Shown piece by piece: positions 1-9,900 of a DNA stretch of 64,000 nucleotides. A model generated the notes under the pieces. That model was not told where the DNA came from. It did no database searches and saw only the letters and a list, made by a program, of their open reading frames with translations. The position numbers and the translations under genes are program-made. Every line of letters begins with the position of its first letter. Within the stretch, counting starts at the first letter, position 1. The DNA comes from Candidatus Thorarchaeota archaeon (GTDB taxonomy: Archaea; Asgardarchaeota; Thorarchaeia; Thorarchaeales; Thorarchaeaceae): assembly GCA_019057475.1 (NCBI GenBank), contig DXJO01000010.1, forward strand, positions 96,001 through 160,000, given 5' to 3'.

Positions 1-64
1 TTTGCACACGGTTCTTGGCGCGCTTCCACGAAGCCTTTTACGAGGAAGCTACATTCCTAGCACG

Positions 65-1057
65 ATGCCCATGGCAGGAACAAGCCTCTTTGACTTGGGA
101 GCTACAGGCGTGGAGAGAATCCTCGAGACCGCACAATCAGTTCTAGAAACCGGTTTCTCTACGATTGTGAAGCACATGCATACGCTCCGCGTAGTGGGGA
201 CCTTCCTGCACAATGCTCCGTCCTACGAACGGACAGTAGCCCAAGCAACCGCAGCTCGGCTTTATTCTTCTCATATCGACCTGAACATCCACAGAGAATA
301 CGCCCTGTCTGATTATGAGCTTCTGAGTGAGATTACCATGGCCAGCTCTGCCACGGATCTACTGCTGACATCCTATACGGACCCTCAGGCTTTCGGTGAT
401 GGACGGCGGCTCACTGAAAAACTCCCGAGTGTCATAGGCAAGCCCATGATAAGTCTGGCAGACGATATCTATGCCCATCAGTCTGCCCTTGCTGAGCTAG
501 CCTCCGTCCGATATAATCTCGACCGAATTGAGGGTCGTCGCATCGTCATATGTTGGGGATTTGGCTCAAGGTTCGTCTTGCCTCGGACACCCCATAGCTT
601 GCTGATTCTGGGTGCTATGCTTGGCGCTGAGATGAGAGTTGCAGCTCCCCCTGGGTTTTCTCTTGTCAGAAGAGCAGTGCGTGAGGCCCGGAAGCGTTCA
701 AGGACAACGAGCATAGTCATCGAAGAGGTTGACAGCTTCGAGGGCGCTTTCGAAGATGCGGATGCAGTGTTTGCTCTCAACTGGGGTCGACTGGACAACT
801 TCAATCACCCTGAGCGCAATGCTGAGGACGCCAGTCCATTCAAGGATTGGTTCCTGACTGGAAACATGCTTCCCAAGAACTGTCTGTTTGCTACAGAACC
901 TCCAGTACAGGATGACCTCATTGCTGGTGGAGAGCTGCTTCAGAGCAATAGGAATGTGACCCCGACCTGGTTGAGCCGAAGAGTCGCAGTGTTGGCAGCA
1001 TCGATTCTGCATGTCCTCCAGAACAGTAAGGCGGACGTTCCGGCCGCTCTCGTATGA
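65..1057 (+). CDS. Aspartate/ornithine carbamoyltransferase-fold protein with degenerate catalytic motifs
   Basis: The ORF is open from the window edge; likely starts are ATG 65 or 71. It has an OTCase-like layout (KPMISLADDIYAHQS, LGAEMRVAAPPGF, AFEDADAVF), but the STRT, HPxQ and HCLP motifs are replaced by SYERT, HQSA and TEPP. Confidence 0.65.
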   Translation: MPMAGTSLFDLGATGVERILETAQSVLETGFSTIVKHMHTLRVVGTFLHNAPSYERTVAQATAARLYSSHIDLNIHREYALSDYELLSEITMASSATDLLLTSYTDPQAFGDGRRLTEKLPSVIGKPMISLADDIYAHQSALAELASVRYNLDRIEGRRIVICWGFGSRFVLPRTPHSLLILGAMLGAEMRVAAPPGFSLVRRAVREARKRSRTTSIVIEEVDSFEGAFEDADAVFALNWGRLDNFNHPERNAEDASPFKDWFLTGNMLPKNCLFATEPPVQDDLIAGGELLQSNRNVTPTWLSRRVAVLAASILHVLQNSKADVPAALV

Positions 1058-1101
1058 CTCACAGACCTTTTATCATGTAGCCGCACATCCGTTCTACAAT
1101 C

Positions 1102-2205
1102 ATGTGGCGCTTGCTACGTCCTGATGCAACCAGTGTCTGGAAGAATCCTGAAGCTTTGAAGAGGCTTCGCCGCTACCGAGGAATCATCGATATGGAGCGG
1201 TGGGCAAAGTATGTCCTCTCAAAGGATATTGAGTGTGATGTGGATTTCACTGAACCAACTGAAAGCCTGTGGGAACGCCATGCTGCCCTATCAAAGCAGA
1301 TGACGGAGTACTTGGAGCGGATTGATGGGGGCGGCAAGCGCGTGAGCACTGATGAAGCTCCTGAAGTCAGCTTCTTGGACCTCAAAGTGGAACTGACGAA
1401 ACGGATTCTGCAGGAATGTCACTTCTGCGAGCGGAAGTGTGGAGCTGATAGGACGCGCGACGAAAAGGGTTGGTGTAAGCTCGGGGCAGAATCAAGAGTT
1501 TCGTCGGTGTTCTTGCACACGGGTGAGGAAGCTCCCCTTGTTCCAAGCGGGACCATCTTCTTTGCATCCTGCTGCTTCGGTTGTGTGTTCTGTCAGAATA
1601 GCGATATCTCAACAGACCCAAACTCAGGCTCCGTCGTGACATCAGATCAGTTGGCAGCTCTTGCAGAGAGGCTATTCCGGGATGGCGCCCTGAACATCAA
1701 CTATGTGGGTGGAGACCCCATCCCCAATACTCACACGATAATCGCTTCGCTGAAGAACCAAACATCGAACGTGACCCAGCTATGGAACTCCAATCTCTAT
1801 TGCTCAGAGGACACAATGAAGCTGCTTGTTGACATCTTTGACGTGTGGCTTCCAGACTTCAAGTACGGGAATGATGAGTGTGCCTTGCGACTATCAGGCG
1901 TCAAGGACTACTTCCCAGTCGTGTCGCGGAATCATCTGATGGCGTACAATCACGGGGAGGTGATTATCAGACATCTGGTAATGCCTGGTCATCTGGAGTG
2001 TTGTACGTTTCCGATTCTGGAATGGATCTCAGAGAATATGCCAAACTGCATGGTCAACATCATGGGTCAATACAGGCCCGAGCATCGTGTTCTCAAGGAT
2101 CCAGAACGATACTCTGACATTGCTCGGGGGGTTTCAAGGGAGGAGATGCAAACCGCCTTCGATAAGGCCAAGCAATTAGGCATATGCTGGAAACCGGTCA
2201 GTTAG
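1102..2205 (+). CDS. Radical SAM protein, PflX family (PFL-activating-enzyme-like)
   Basis: N-terminal CHFCERKC, GEEAPLVPSGTIFF, CxxxCxxC (CCFGCVFCQN), DFKYGNDECA and IIRHLVMPGH. Confidence 0.9.
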   Translation: MWRLLRPDATSVWKNPEALKRLRRYRGIIDMERWAKYVLSKDIECDVDFTEPTESLWERHAALSKQMTEYLERIDGGGKRVSTDEAPEVSFLDLKVELTKRILQECHFCERKCGADRTRDEKGWCKLGAESRVSSVFLHTGEEAPLVPSGTIFFASCCFGCVFCQNSDISTDPNSGSVVTSDQLAALAERLFRDGALNINYVGGDPIPNTHTIIASLKNQTSNVTQLWNSNLYCSEDTMKLLVDIFDVWLPDFKYGNDECALRLSGVKDYFPVVSRNHLMAYNHGEVIIRHLVMPGHLECCTFPILEWISENMPNCMVNIMGQYRPEHRVLKDPERYSDIARGVSREEMQTAFDKAKQLGICWKPVS

Positions 2206-2408
2206 GATATTGAGCAGCTGGTGCAAAGTTGGACACACCTGGACAATTCTATTGTAGTCTTCATATGGATTGGTGCGACATGCAGTAATGAGGAAATAGC
2301 CGGAATTAATGTCAGAAGATACTATCTGTTGCCCAGAACTCGCTCATTTAAAACAGCCAGAGTGGCATTTAAATCCGCTCGTGCACATACATATACGAGG
2401 ACTGGACT

Positions 2409-2654
2409 ATGGGATATAAGACCATCTCACTTTCAGAGAAAGCCTATGAGATGCTCAGGAAGATGAAACGAGAGAATGAGAGCTTTAGTCAGGTGGTGAT
2501 TAGATTGTCTAACAGGAAGACTCTGAATGACTTCATCCGCTGTATATCGGAGAACTCCTCAGAGAAGCTCGTAGATGCACTTAGGACGTTCCGTGATGAG
2601 AGAGGTAGAGTATGGTCCGAAAGCATGGAAGAGCTACTCGGTGAACAGAATTGA
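2409..2654 (+). CDS. vapB: VapB-family antitoxin (archaeal type)
   Basis: 81 aa with the KTISLSEKAYEML...ESFSQVVIRL signature; overlaps the downstream PIN gene by 4 nt. Confidence 0.85.
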   Translation: MGYKTISLSEKAYEMLRKMKRENESFSQVVIRLSNRKTLNDFIRCISENSSEKLVDALRTFRDERGRVWSESMEELLGEQN

Positions 2655-3043
2655 TTGCAGATACAAGCTTCATCATTGACCTCATGAGGGGAGATAAGGC
2701 TGCCTTGGATAAGCTGAGCGAGATAGTTGACAGAGGGCTTGGCCACCACATTGCATCCCCGACAGTGATGGAGCTTGCAGTGGGTGTTTCAATGGCCGAA
2801 CTGCCCAGGAAAGAGAGAGAGAAAATCGAGGAAATTATTGAGGGGTTCCAAATCCTTCCGCTCGACTCGATCAGTGCATGGCGTGCCGGAGTTGAGCTCG
2901 GGAAACTGAGGAAGGTGGGAATGCCTCTCGATCCCATAGACGCCCAGATTGCTGGTATTGCACTCCAAAACGATGATGTCATTGTGACACGAAATCCGAA
3001 GCATTTTGAGAGATTTAGAGGGCTGAAAGTAGAAACATACTAG
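2651..3043 (+). CDS. vapC: VapC PIN-domain toxin
   Basis: PIN motifs IADTSFIID, EL, DAQIAGIAL and VTRNPKHF; 130 aa. Confidence 0.92.
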   Translation: MIADTSFIIDLMRGDKAALDKLSEIVDRGLGHHIASPTVMELAVGVSMAELPRKEREKIEEIIEGFQILPLDSISAWRAGVELGKLRKVGMPLDPIDAQIAGIALQNDDVIVTRNPKHFERFRGLKVETY

Positions 3044-3291
3044 CGTTCTGGGTTGCAAACAGCTGCAGCAAAGTTAGATATATCTGGATGATTCCATTGT
3101 AGGCTTTATGTAGACCAATTCGACAGTGGTTTCTGAGGAACATGACACACCTGTGAAGGGTCCTCACGGAGTAGTCCAGTGACGTTTCCTAGACGTACTA
3201 GACTTCAGTGTCCATCTTTGTGCAACCTACAATGAACGGTCATGTCACAAGACTCTAAAACCATGATACAGATGAACACCTGTTGGTAGCC

Positions 3292-3525
3292 ATGTGTCTT
3301 GCAGTTCCTGGACTTGTCGAGAGCATAGAAGACGACTATGCTGATGTTGACTTTGGTGGAGTCCGAAAGAAGGTGTGCGTGACCCTGCTTCCTGGTCTTG
3401 AGGTGGGCGAGTACGTTATCGTACACACAGGATATGCAATAGAGCGGATGAAACCCGAGGAAGCAAAGAAGACACTGGCTCTCTGGGATGAGATGGCAGA
3501 GATGGCTGCCAAGATGGAGAAGTAG
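3292..3525 (+). CDS. hypC: [NiFe]-hydrogenase maturation chaperone HypC/HupF
   Basis: MCLAVPG N-terminus (ATG 3292), VDFGGVRK and VGEYVIVHTGYAI. Confidence 0.95.
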   Translation: MCLAVPGLVESIEDDYADVDFGGVRKKVCVTLLPGLEVGEYVIVHTGYAIERMKPEEAKKTLALWDEMAEMAAKMEK

Positions 3526-3607
3526 ATTTCATCCGCGTTTTCTTGGCATCCGGAACTCACGGAGTAAGCCTTTTCAATTAGCACGATTCCAGTCCGCCTG
3601 ATGCCAA

Positions 3608-4462
3608 ATGCCGGATACGCTAGAATCAATCATGGCTGAGCTTCGCGCTCGAATCAATACAGAGAACACAAAGACCAAGGTTTCTCCTAAAGAGATTGAG
3701 GAGATGAAGTCACACACCGTTGTGGTCCTACCTGCGGGAGGACGAGGATTGCGAATTCGAAATGAAGCGCAAAGCGGAGATATCAACAAGGCCATGATGA
3801 AGATTAATGGATTGAGCATGATTGAGAAAGCAATTCAGGACTATTCGAGCGCTGGCATCAAACGGTTCGTCGTTCTCACAGGTTTTCTTGCAGAGAAGGT
3901 AGAAGAACACTTGGGCGATGGGTCTAGATGGGGCGTTGAGATCAAATACTCGTGTGACCCAGATGGGCGGAAGGTGGGAAATGCAGGTGCTATCCTGCAC
4001 GCCCTCAACAACGGATCACTGGACGACACCTCGACAAGCATTATCCATAACCCCGACGATGTCATAGTAGGCATGAACCGTCCGTATGGGGATGTGTTCC
4101 TTGAGGGACAGGTGAAGGCAAAGAAGAACGGATGTGTGGCTACTTTCGTCGTTGTACCTGACACTCCATTCCAGTACTCTGGGATGATCATAGAGAACGG
4201 ACGAGTCAAAGATGTTACCAAATACCCGCCAATTGCGATTCCTGCTCATACGGGAATCACCATCTTCGATCCCGAGGTTTACTCCTATTTCCGACGACTT
4301 GTTTCGTTGGAGGCTGAATCCTCGTTTGAAAACGTTGTCTGCCCTGTACTGGCTCGGGAGAAACGACTCTTCGCAATCAACATTCCCTCTGAATGTTGGA
4401 TTCCGGTCAATGATTTGAAAGGGCTTGAAAAGGTAAAGACTGCACTGAGTCATGCTGGCTAA
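3608..4462 (+). CDS. Sugar-phosphate nucleotidyltransferase (NTP_transferase family)
   Basis: LPAGGRGLRIR...KAMMKING, HLGDGSRWGVEIKY and C-terminal WIPVND. Confidence 0.88.
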   Translation: MPDTLESIMAELRARINTENTKTKVSPKEIEEMKSHTVVVLPAGGRGLRIRNEAQSGDINKAMMKINGLSMIEKAIQDYSSAGIKRFVVLTGFLAEKVEEHLGDGSRWGVEIKYSCDPDGRKVGNAGAILHALNNGSLDDTSTSIIHNPDDVIVGMNRPYGDVFLEGQVKAKKNGCVATFVVVPDTPFQYSGMIIENGRVKDVTKYPPIAIPAHTGITIFDPEVYSYFRRLVSLEAESSFENVVCPVLAREKRLFAINIPSECWIPVNDLKGLEKVKTALSHAG

Positions 4463-4491
4463 TGGAATCACGTTTCGAAATGCCCTCTGAA

Positions 4492-4511
4492 GCGATTCCA
4501 TTCGGAATCGC
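4492..4511 (+). terminator. 8-bp stem hairpin downstream of the nucleotidyltransferase gene (possible terminator)
   Basis: GCGATTCC-attc-GGAATCGC, about 30 nt after the stop; no strong U-tract. Confidence 0.3.
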
Positions 4512-4781
4512 AGATGTTTCAACATGTATCATTCTGATTTACTCCATGTCGCAGCAGTCGGAACCGTAAGCATCGGCCCTGTGAAGTAAGGGCTATCATG
4601 ATTATGAGATGAGCGTCCTTGTGGATTGAATGACCGAAAATCATATAGCAGACACGAATTGTACCAGCAACTTGGCAACGTCTGATAACCACATTGGCCT
4701 CTCTGCCATGCTGGTTGGACAACTGCATCTTCGTGATAACAAGAGATCAAGGTATCTTATTCACAAGTAGGAGAAGGTAAA

Positions 4782-5696
4782 ATGAGCAGCGTATTAGTCA
4801 CAGGGGCAAACGGATTCATAGGCTCACATATTGTTCAGCGACTCAAGGAAGAGAATAAAGTCATCAGTCTTGTATACAGCACTGTTCCTGGACGAGGGCT
4901 GGATACTGCCTTGGAAGGAACAACTGTAATTAATTGCGATATTCGCGATCATCACGCTCTTCGGCGCATACTGGCAAGATATGAAGTAAAACAGGTCTTT
5001 CACACGGCTGCGATTTCTATTGTAAAGACTGCATACTTGGATCCAATAGGCGTATTTGACGTAAACGCGATGGGGACTGTCGCTCTTCTGGAAGCTTGCC
5101 GCCAAGTGGGCGTTGAGAAGATTCTGGTTCTTAATACAGACAAAGTATACGGCGAAGGTCTTGATGCCACTGAAGATAAATCCTATCAGCCTAGCGAACC
5201 ATATGCTGCCTCAAAATGCTGTCAGGGGTTCATAGTTCATTCTTTCATTGATACATATGATATGAACATTGTAATGAGTCATTCTTGCAATGTTTTTGGC
5301 TTTGATCCCAATTCCAACCGAATTGTTCCCAACGTCGTGAAGTCCTGTTTGAAGGGAAGAAAACCCAAGATATTCACTAACGATGACTCTGTGAGAGAGT
5401 ACGTATATGTTGAAGATGTCGTCAGCGCGTTTAAACGATTAATGAATGAGGATGAACACCGAGGTTCTCGCAACATATCAACAGGCTGGGTGTACAATCA
5501 GAAAGACATAGTCCTCAAGATACTGGAGCACTTCGAGAGCTTGGAGCCCCAGTACGTCGAGGGTAAAGTGCCATCCCAGATAGACACGCAATCGCTCAAA
5601 TCGATTAGATGGGATTGGAAGCCAGATTGGAGCTTCGATAATGCCATCAAGGCAACAATTGACAAGTTTGCGTTGTACTCCGGTGATTGGAAATAA
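4782..5696 (+). CDS. NAD-dependent epimerase/dehydratase, CDP-glucose 4,6-dehydratase-like SDR
   Basis: VLVTGANGFIG, TDKVY and PYAASK (YxxxK). Confidence 0.85.
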   Translation: MSSVLVTGANGFIGSHIVQRLKEENKVISLVYSTVPGRGLDTALEGTTVINCDIRDHHALRRILARYEVKQVFHTAAISIVKTAYLDPIGVFDVNAMGTVALLEACRQVGVEKILVLNTDKVYGEGLDATEDKSYQPSEPYAASKCCQGFIVHSFIDTYDMNIVMSHSCNVFGFDPNSNRIVPNVVKSCLKGRKPKIFTNDDSVREYVYVEDVVSAFKRLMNEDEHRGSRNISTGWVYNQKDIVLKILEHFESLEPQYVEGKVPSQIDTQSLKSIRWDWKPDWSFDNAIKATIDKFALYSGDWK

Positions 5697-5706
5697 TGAA
5701 CCAATC

Positions 5707-5778
5707 TCCGAGAGCTGGATTCCAGTAAATGACCTCAAGGGCATCGAGAAGGCAAGACAGGCTCTTACGCAGGAATAG
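5707..5778 (+). pseudogene. Orphan 3' tail of a homologue of the nucleotidyltransferase at 3608-4462
   Basis: Translates as SESWIPVNDLKGIEKARQALTQE*, against SECWIPVNDLKGLEKVKTALSHAG* in the intact gene (15/23 identical). Confidence 0.85.
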
Positions 5779-5904
5779 CAGCTCAAGAGTGAGGGTTCAG
5801 CTCTCGTCAACCATATATTTATCCAAGAGGCAATGCTCCAAATACCTTCAGCACAATCACTCAACTCTTAGAACAGCATAATATTCTCGGGAGTTTGACT
5901 GACC

Positions 5905-6603
5905 ATGAGGACTGTCATAGTGCCAACCCTCAATGAAGAAGATAACATTGAACGCCTGGTTCGTTCGATCTTCAAAGTACTTGGCACTTGGAACACTCAT
6001 GTCCTTATCGTCGACGACGACAGTACTGACCGTACACATGAGGTTGTATCAGATTTATGCAACGAGTTCCCTAGTCTACACATGATTGTACGAAAGGGAG
6101 AACGCGGTCTTGGCAGTGCGGTACGCTTGGGTGCATCTCACTATCGTCAGAGCCAAGTCGTAGTCATGGATGCTGACCTATCACACAATCCCAAGTATCT
6201 CCCATCAATGTTTGAGAAACTTGAACAGGGATTTGACGTGGTTGTTGGCTCAAGATATATCCCGAAAGGTGACATTGTCGGGTGGCTGGGAAGCCGAATT
6301 GCAATCAGCAAAGTGGCGACCGCGATGGCCAGAGCGGTGTTCAGGGTTCCAGTGAGTGACCCGATGAGTGGGTTCGTGGGATGCAGGTCTGGAAGGCTCT
6401 TGGAAGAAGGCTTTGACCATGCGGACTTCAAGTTCCTTCTTGAGATGCTTGTTAAAAATAGGTCACTCAGAGTCACCGAGGTCCCGATTGTATTTCATGA
6501 TCGGGCGAAGGGAACAAGCAAACTCGGTGCAATCACAATCGCGCTCTATATTGGTCTTGTTCTCCGGTTACTGTTCACCAAAGGCAGGAGGCCTCTTTCA
6601 TGA
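5905..6603 (+). CDS. GT2 polyprenol-phosphate glycosyltransferase (DPM1-like)
   Basis: IVPTLNEEDNI, VDDDSTDRT, VMDADLSHNP, VVGSRY, DPMSGF and EVPIVFHDR. Confidence 0.92.
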   Translation: MRTVIVPTLNEEDNIERLVRSIFKVLGTWNTHVLIVDDDSTDRTHEVVSDLCNEFPSLHMIVRKGERGLGSAVRLGASHYRQSQVVVMDADLSHNPKYLPSMFEKLEQGFDVVVGSRYIPKGDIVGWLGSRIAISKVATAMARAVFRVPVSDPMSGFVGCRSGRLLEEGFDHADFKFLLEMLVKNRSLRVTEVPIVFHDRAKGTSKLGAITIALYIGLVLRLLFTKGRRPLS

Positions 6604-8717
6604 TTGTTGAAGCCCTGCCCAGATTACGCGAAGTCAAAAAGGTAGACATTCTCCTTGCGGTCTCGGTCCTCCTGAATATCTTGATGGCCATAGCGATGAG
6701 AATAGTCGGGAGCTCGATGTATCCATTCTTCATCTTGATTTATACTTGGATTGCAGTCTACGCGGTCTTCCTATCGCTTATCCTTCGTAGGAACAGAATA
6801 GTCGAAAACCCGCTTATCCGGAAGGGGGTTTCCTTGGCGTTGCTGGTCATGTTGACCATCCTTGTCAGACTCGTTTTCATTGGACAAACCGAGCTGATTT
6901 CTCTCGATAGTGTCTGGTACCTGGATTTCGGCAAATTCATCCAGATGAACATGATGCCATACGCCGACTTCTACTTCCCTTACCCTCCCGTCTTTGCCTA
7001 CTTCATTGTGGTGATCTTCAACCTAGCTCCATCTATAGACAGCTTTAGGGTACTAGCGGCGCTGCTTGATGGAGCGGTCCTTATCGTGCTGTGGAAGATT
7101 GCTGATCGCCATGCGGGACCAAAGTGGGCTTCCTTTGTAGCGCTTGCCTATTCTCTGCTTCCAATCTCCATTATCGAGTCCGGTTGGAATGGGCACTTCG
7201 AACCGCTTGCCAATCTATTCATGCTGTTGTCGTTGTGGTTCATCTTTGATGGCCGCCACCGATTGAGCAGCTTGGCACTGGGCTTGGCTGTCGCCACGAA
7301 AGTATATCCTCTTCTTCTGGCGCCTATCTTCTTCTTTTACATCAAGAGCTGGCGAAAAAGGATCGAGTTTGCTGTAGTAGGAACTTCGACCACTGCGTTG
7401 ACATTTCTACCATTCATCATTCCTGTCTGGATGAGGGGTGGCACGGTTCCACCTAATGGTGCAACTCCTTCCAGCAGTTCCACTGATTTATTCAGTTCTC
7501 TCCTTGGCTTTCTGACCAGTCCACAATATCCCACTCAGGTCGTGTCAATCATTGTCTTCGCATTGGTCTTTCTGGGAAGCATCATGATAGTTCGACAGCT
7601 GGCTCAAGATAATCCCCAATCGAACCATCGTGTGTATCAATGGGCGGTGTTGTTTGCAGGCGCTGTCCTCGTAGTGATGGGTTTGGCTGCCGCTCTGTAC
7701 CCCCTATCTCCTCTGTCGAGGTATGTCTATTGGCGCTATCCTCCCGATATAGGAATTGTGAGGGGCGCCTCAGCTGTCTTCATTGGCTCCCTAATCATGA
7801 TGATGGGATATCGAGGTCTTCGGAAGAAAACAACGATTACTGTTTCCACGAACTCGATGGTCCTCCTTGTTTCGGGAGCACTGCTTCTCATCATGACAAT
7901 GTCACGCGGCGTCTTCTATGGATGGTATCTTCTCTGGCCCTTGCCAATGTTCTTTTTATTGAGGAACAAAAAGCTCGCTATCTTTACGCTGCTTTGTCTT
8001 CTACTGATTTATCCCAGCTATACGCATGACAACTTCGCGTCGCTGGGCTTCGAGGAGAACAGGCTGTGGCAAGACGAGTTCACATCCATGGACGGATGGG
8101 TACCATATGTCAACATATCTGGAACCGGACTACAGCCCAACTTGGTGGAAGCTGGGGTCCGCTCCAATGGGGGCCTAGGAGAGTTCTGGTTCGACACTAG
8201 TGATGTATCAAACGCGTCGCGGCTAGAGAATGTGACAATCTCCTATACGAAATCGGTCCAAATCGATTTCAATATCGATATTGAATTCGTGACAAGGATG
8301 ACCGCCAGCTGGGATCCCACCTTTGGACGATACGCAGACATTTCCCTGATGTACGAGGGTCACGATGAATATGGCCATCGCATCAACGGCACAATCATAC
8401 CTATGATTAGTCTGATGACCAATCTAACCTTCGTCCTGTGGCGGTATTCCTTCTCGATTGCCGAAGTCCCTGTGAATGCGGGGACTATTGACAACCTCAC
8501 TCTTGTCGTTTATCCTGTGCGGTCGGGGTACGCGTTTTATGGAGTCGACTTCTTCTACACAACCTACTATGGGCTCTTGAATCCCTCATTCTTCCTGTTC
8601 ATGCCCATCCACATGGCCTTGGCACTTACCGCATACGCTGTCCTTCATTTTGAGCTGAAGAGATTGGATCAATACGTCACAAGGAAGAAGGAGTTAGATC
8701 CAGAGTCTGCAAAATGA
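6600..8717 (+). CDS. GT-C-fold multi-pass membrane glycosyltransferase (GT87/PIG-M-like) with an extracellular C-terminal domain
   Basis: Many TM segments; PYADFYFPYPP, WNGHFEP, ATKVYP and WYLLW motifs; translationally coupled to the DPM1-like gene. Confidence 0.7.
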   Translation: MIVEALPRLREVKKVDILLAVSVLLNILMAIAMRIVGSSMYPFFILIYTWIAVYAVFLSLILRRNRIVENPLIRKGVSLALLVMLTILVRLVFIGQTELISLDSVWYLDFGKFIQMNMMPYADFYFPYPPVFAYFIVVIFNLAPSIDSFRVLAALLDGAVLIVLWKIADRHAGPKWASFVALAYSLLPISIIESGWNGHFEPLANLFMLLSLWFIFDGRHRLSSLALGLAVATKVYPLLLAPIFFFYIKSWRKRIEFAVVGTSTTALTFLPFIIPVWMRGGTVPPNGATPSSSSTDLFSSLLGFLTSPQYPTQVVSIIVFALVFLGSIMIVRQLAQDNPQSNHRVYQWAVLFAGAVLVVMGLAAALYPLSPLSRYVYWRYPPDIGIVRGASAVFIGSLIMMMGYRGLRKKTTITVSTNSMVLLVSGALLLIMTMSRGVFYGWYLLWPLPMFFLLRNKKLAIFTLLCLLLIYPSYTHDNFASLGFEENRLWQDEFTSMDGWVPYVNISGTGLQPNLVEAGVRSNGGLGEFWFDTSDVSNASRLENVTISYTKSVQIDFNIDIEFVTRMTASWDPTFGRYADISLMYEGHDEYGHRINGTIIPMISLMTNLTFVLWRYSFSIAEVPVNAGTIDNLTLVVYPVRSGYAFYGVDFFYTTYYGLLNPSFFLFMPIHMALALTAYAVLHFELKRLDQYVTRKKELDPESAK

Positions 8718-8830
8718 CAATCGGGTGTAGTGCCAGAGCCTCCTAGATTCCAAGAATGCTCAGGCGCTGGACATGTTCCAGCAACATTTAAAGCAGCACA
8801 CGAATTGCTGCGCAGCAGGTGTGAAACGGG

Positions 8831-9781
8831 ATGGAACGCGTTCTTGTGACAGGAGGAGCTGGCTTCATTGGAAGCCACCTAGTCGACCGATTGATTCGTG
8901 ACAACGAGGTTGTTGTTCTTGATGACCTATCAGCAGGTTCTGAAGAAAACCTGCAACAACATATGGACAATGAACGGTTTAGATTCATCAAAGGTTCAAT
9001 CACAAGGGAAAAAGATGTCAATATGGCCCTAGATGGAGTCACTATAGTGTTTCATTTTGCCGCACAGCCAGACGTTCGCCTCAGCGTTGAGCGTCCGAAA
9101 TGGGACTTCGAGATCAACGTTGGAGGAAGCTTGGAACTCCTAGAGGCCATGAGAAAGAACGATGTGAAGCGGATGGTATTCGCTTCATCCGGCGGGACTG
9201 TCTATGGAGAAACAGATGTCTTTCCAACCCCTGAGGTCACTGCCTTCCGTCCAATAAGCAACTATGGCGCTGCGAAGGGTGCATTTGAGATGTACCTGAA
9301 CTCATACGCCGAGCTATACGGGATTGACTCAGTTAGTATGAGGTTAGCAAACGTAATCGGGCCACGGTCAGCTCATGGAGTAATGCATGACTTCTACATG
9401 AAGCTAAAGAGGAATCCAAAACATCTCGAGGTCCTTGGGGACGGAACACAGGAGAAGGCATACATGTACATTTCCGACACCGTCGAGGCTGCGTTGGTCC
9501 TTGCTGAGAATATTGGGAGGGGTCACCTCCCGGTGAATGTGAGTTCCGGGGAGCGACTGACCGTTACTCGCATCGCTGAGCTTGTGTGCAAGGAACTCGG
9601 CGTTCCCAACGCACACTTAGCCTACACCGGTGGCAAACGTGGGTGGACTGGAGACGTCGTTAGGACCGATATTGACATCACCAAGCTAGCGTCATTTGGA
9701 TGGCAGCCTCGTGTTCCGCTCGAAGAAGGAGTCAGGCTCTACCTGCGTTGGCTAATCAAGAAGTTCGGCCCTGTGAAGTAG
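8831..9781 (+). CDS. NAD-dependent sugar epimerase (UDP-glucose 4-epimerase-like SDR)
   Basis: VLVTGGAGFIGSHL, FASSGGTVYG, YGAAK, LGDGTQEK and GWTGDV. Confidence 0.92.
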   Translation: MERVLVTGGAGFIGSHLVDRLIRDNEVVVLDDLSAGSEENLQQHMDNERFRFIKGSITREKDVNMALDGVTIVFHFAAQPDVRLSVERPKWDFEINVGGSLELLEAMRKNDVKRMVFASSGGTVYGETDVFPTPEVTAFRPISNYGAAKGAFEMYLNSYAELYGIDSVSMRLANVIGPRSAHGVMHDFYMKLKRNPKHLEVLGDGTQEKAYMYISDTVEAALVLAENIGRGHLPVNVSSGERLTVTRIAELVCKELGVPNAHLAYTGGKRGWTGDVVRTDIDITKLASFGWQPRVPLEEGVRLYLRWLIKKFGPVK

Positions 9782-9900
9782 CATCGCTGTCGAAGAGGAA
9801 TCTCATTGAAAAGGCAGCTCCAACGGACTGTTCTGGTGTTCGGATTTCTCTCCAATCCACTTATATCATAACTGTGGCGATTCGATTTCCCAGTTATTAG

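Noticed and set aside
4486-4514. Hairpin with a GAA bulge resembling an archaeal SECIS element
   Set aside because: The lower stem is weak and no nearby gene has an in-frame TGA at a Cys position.
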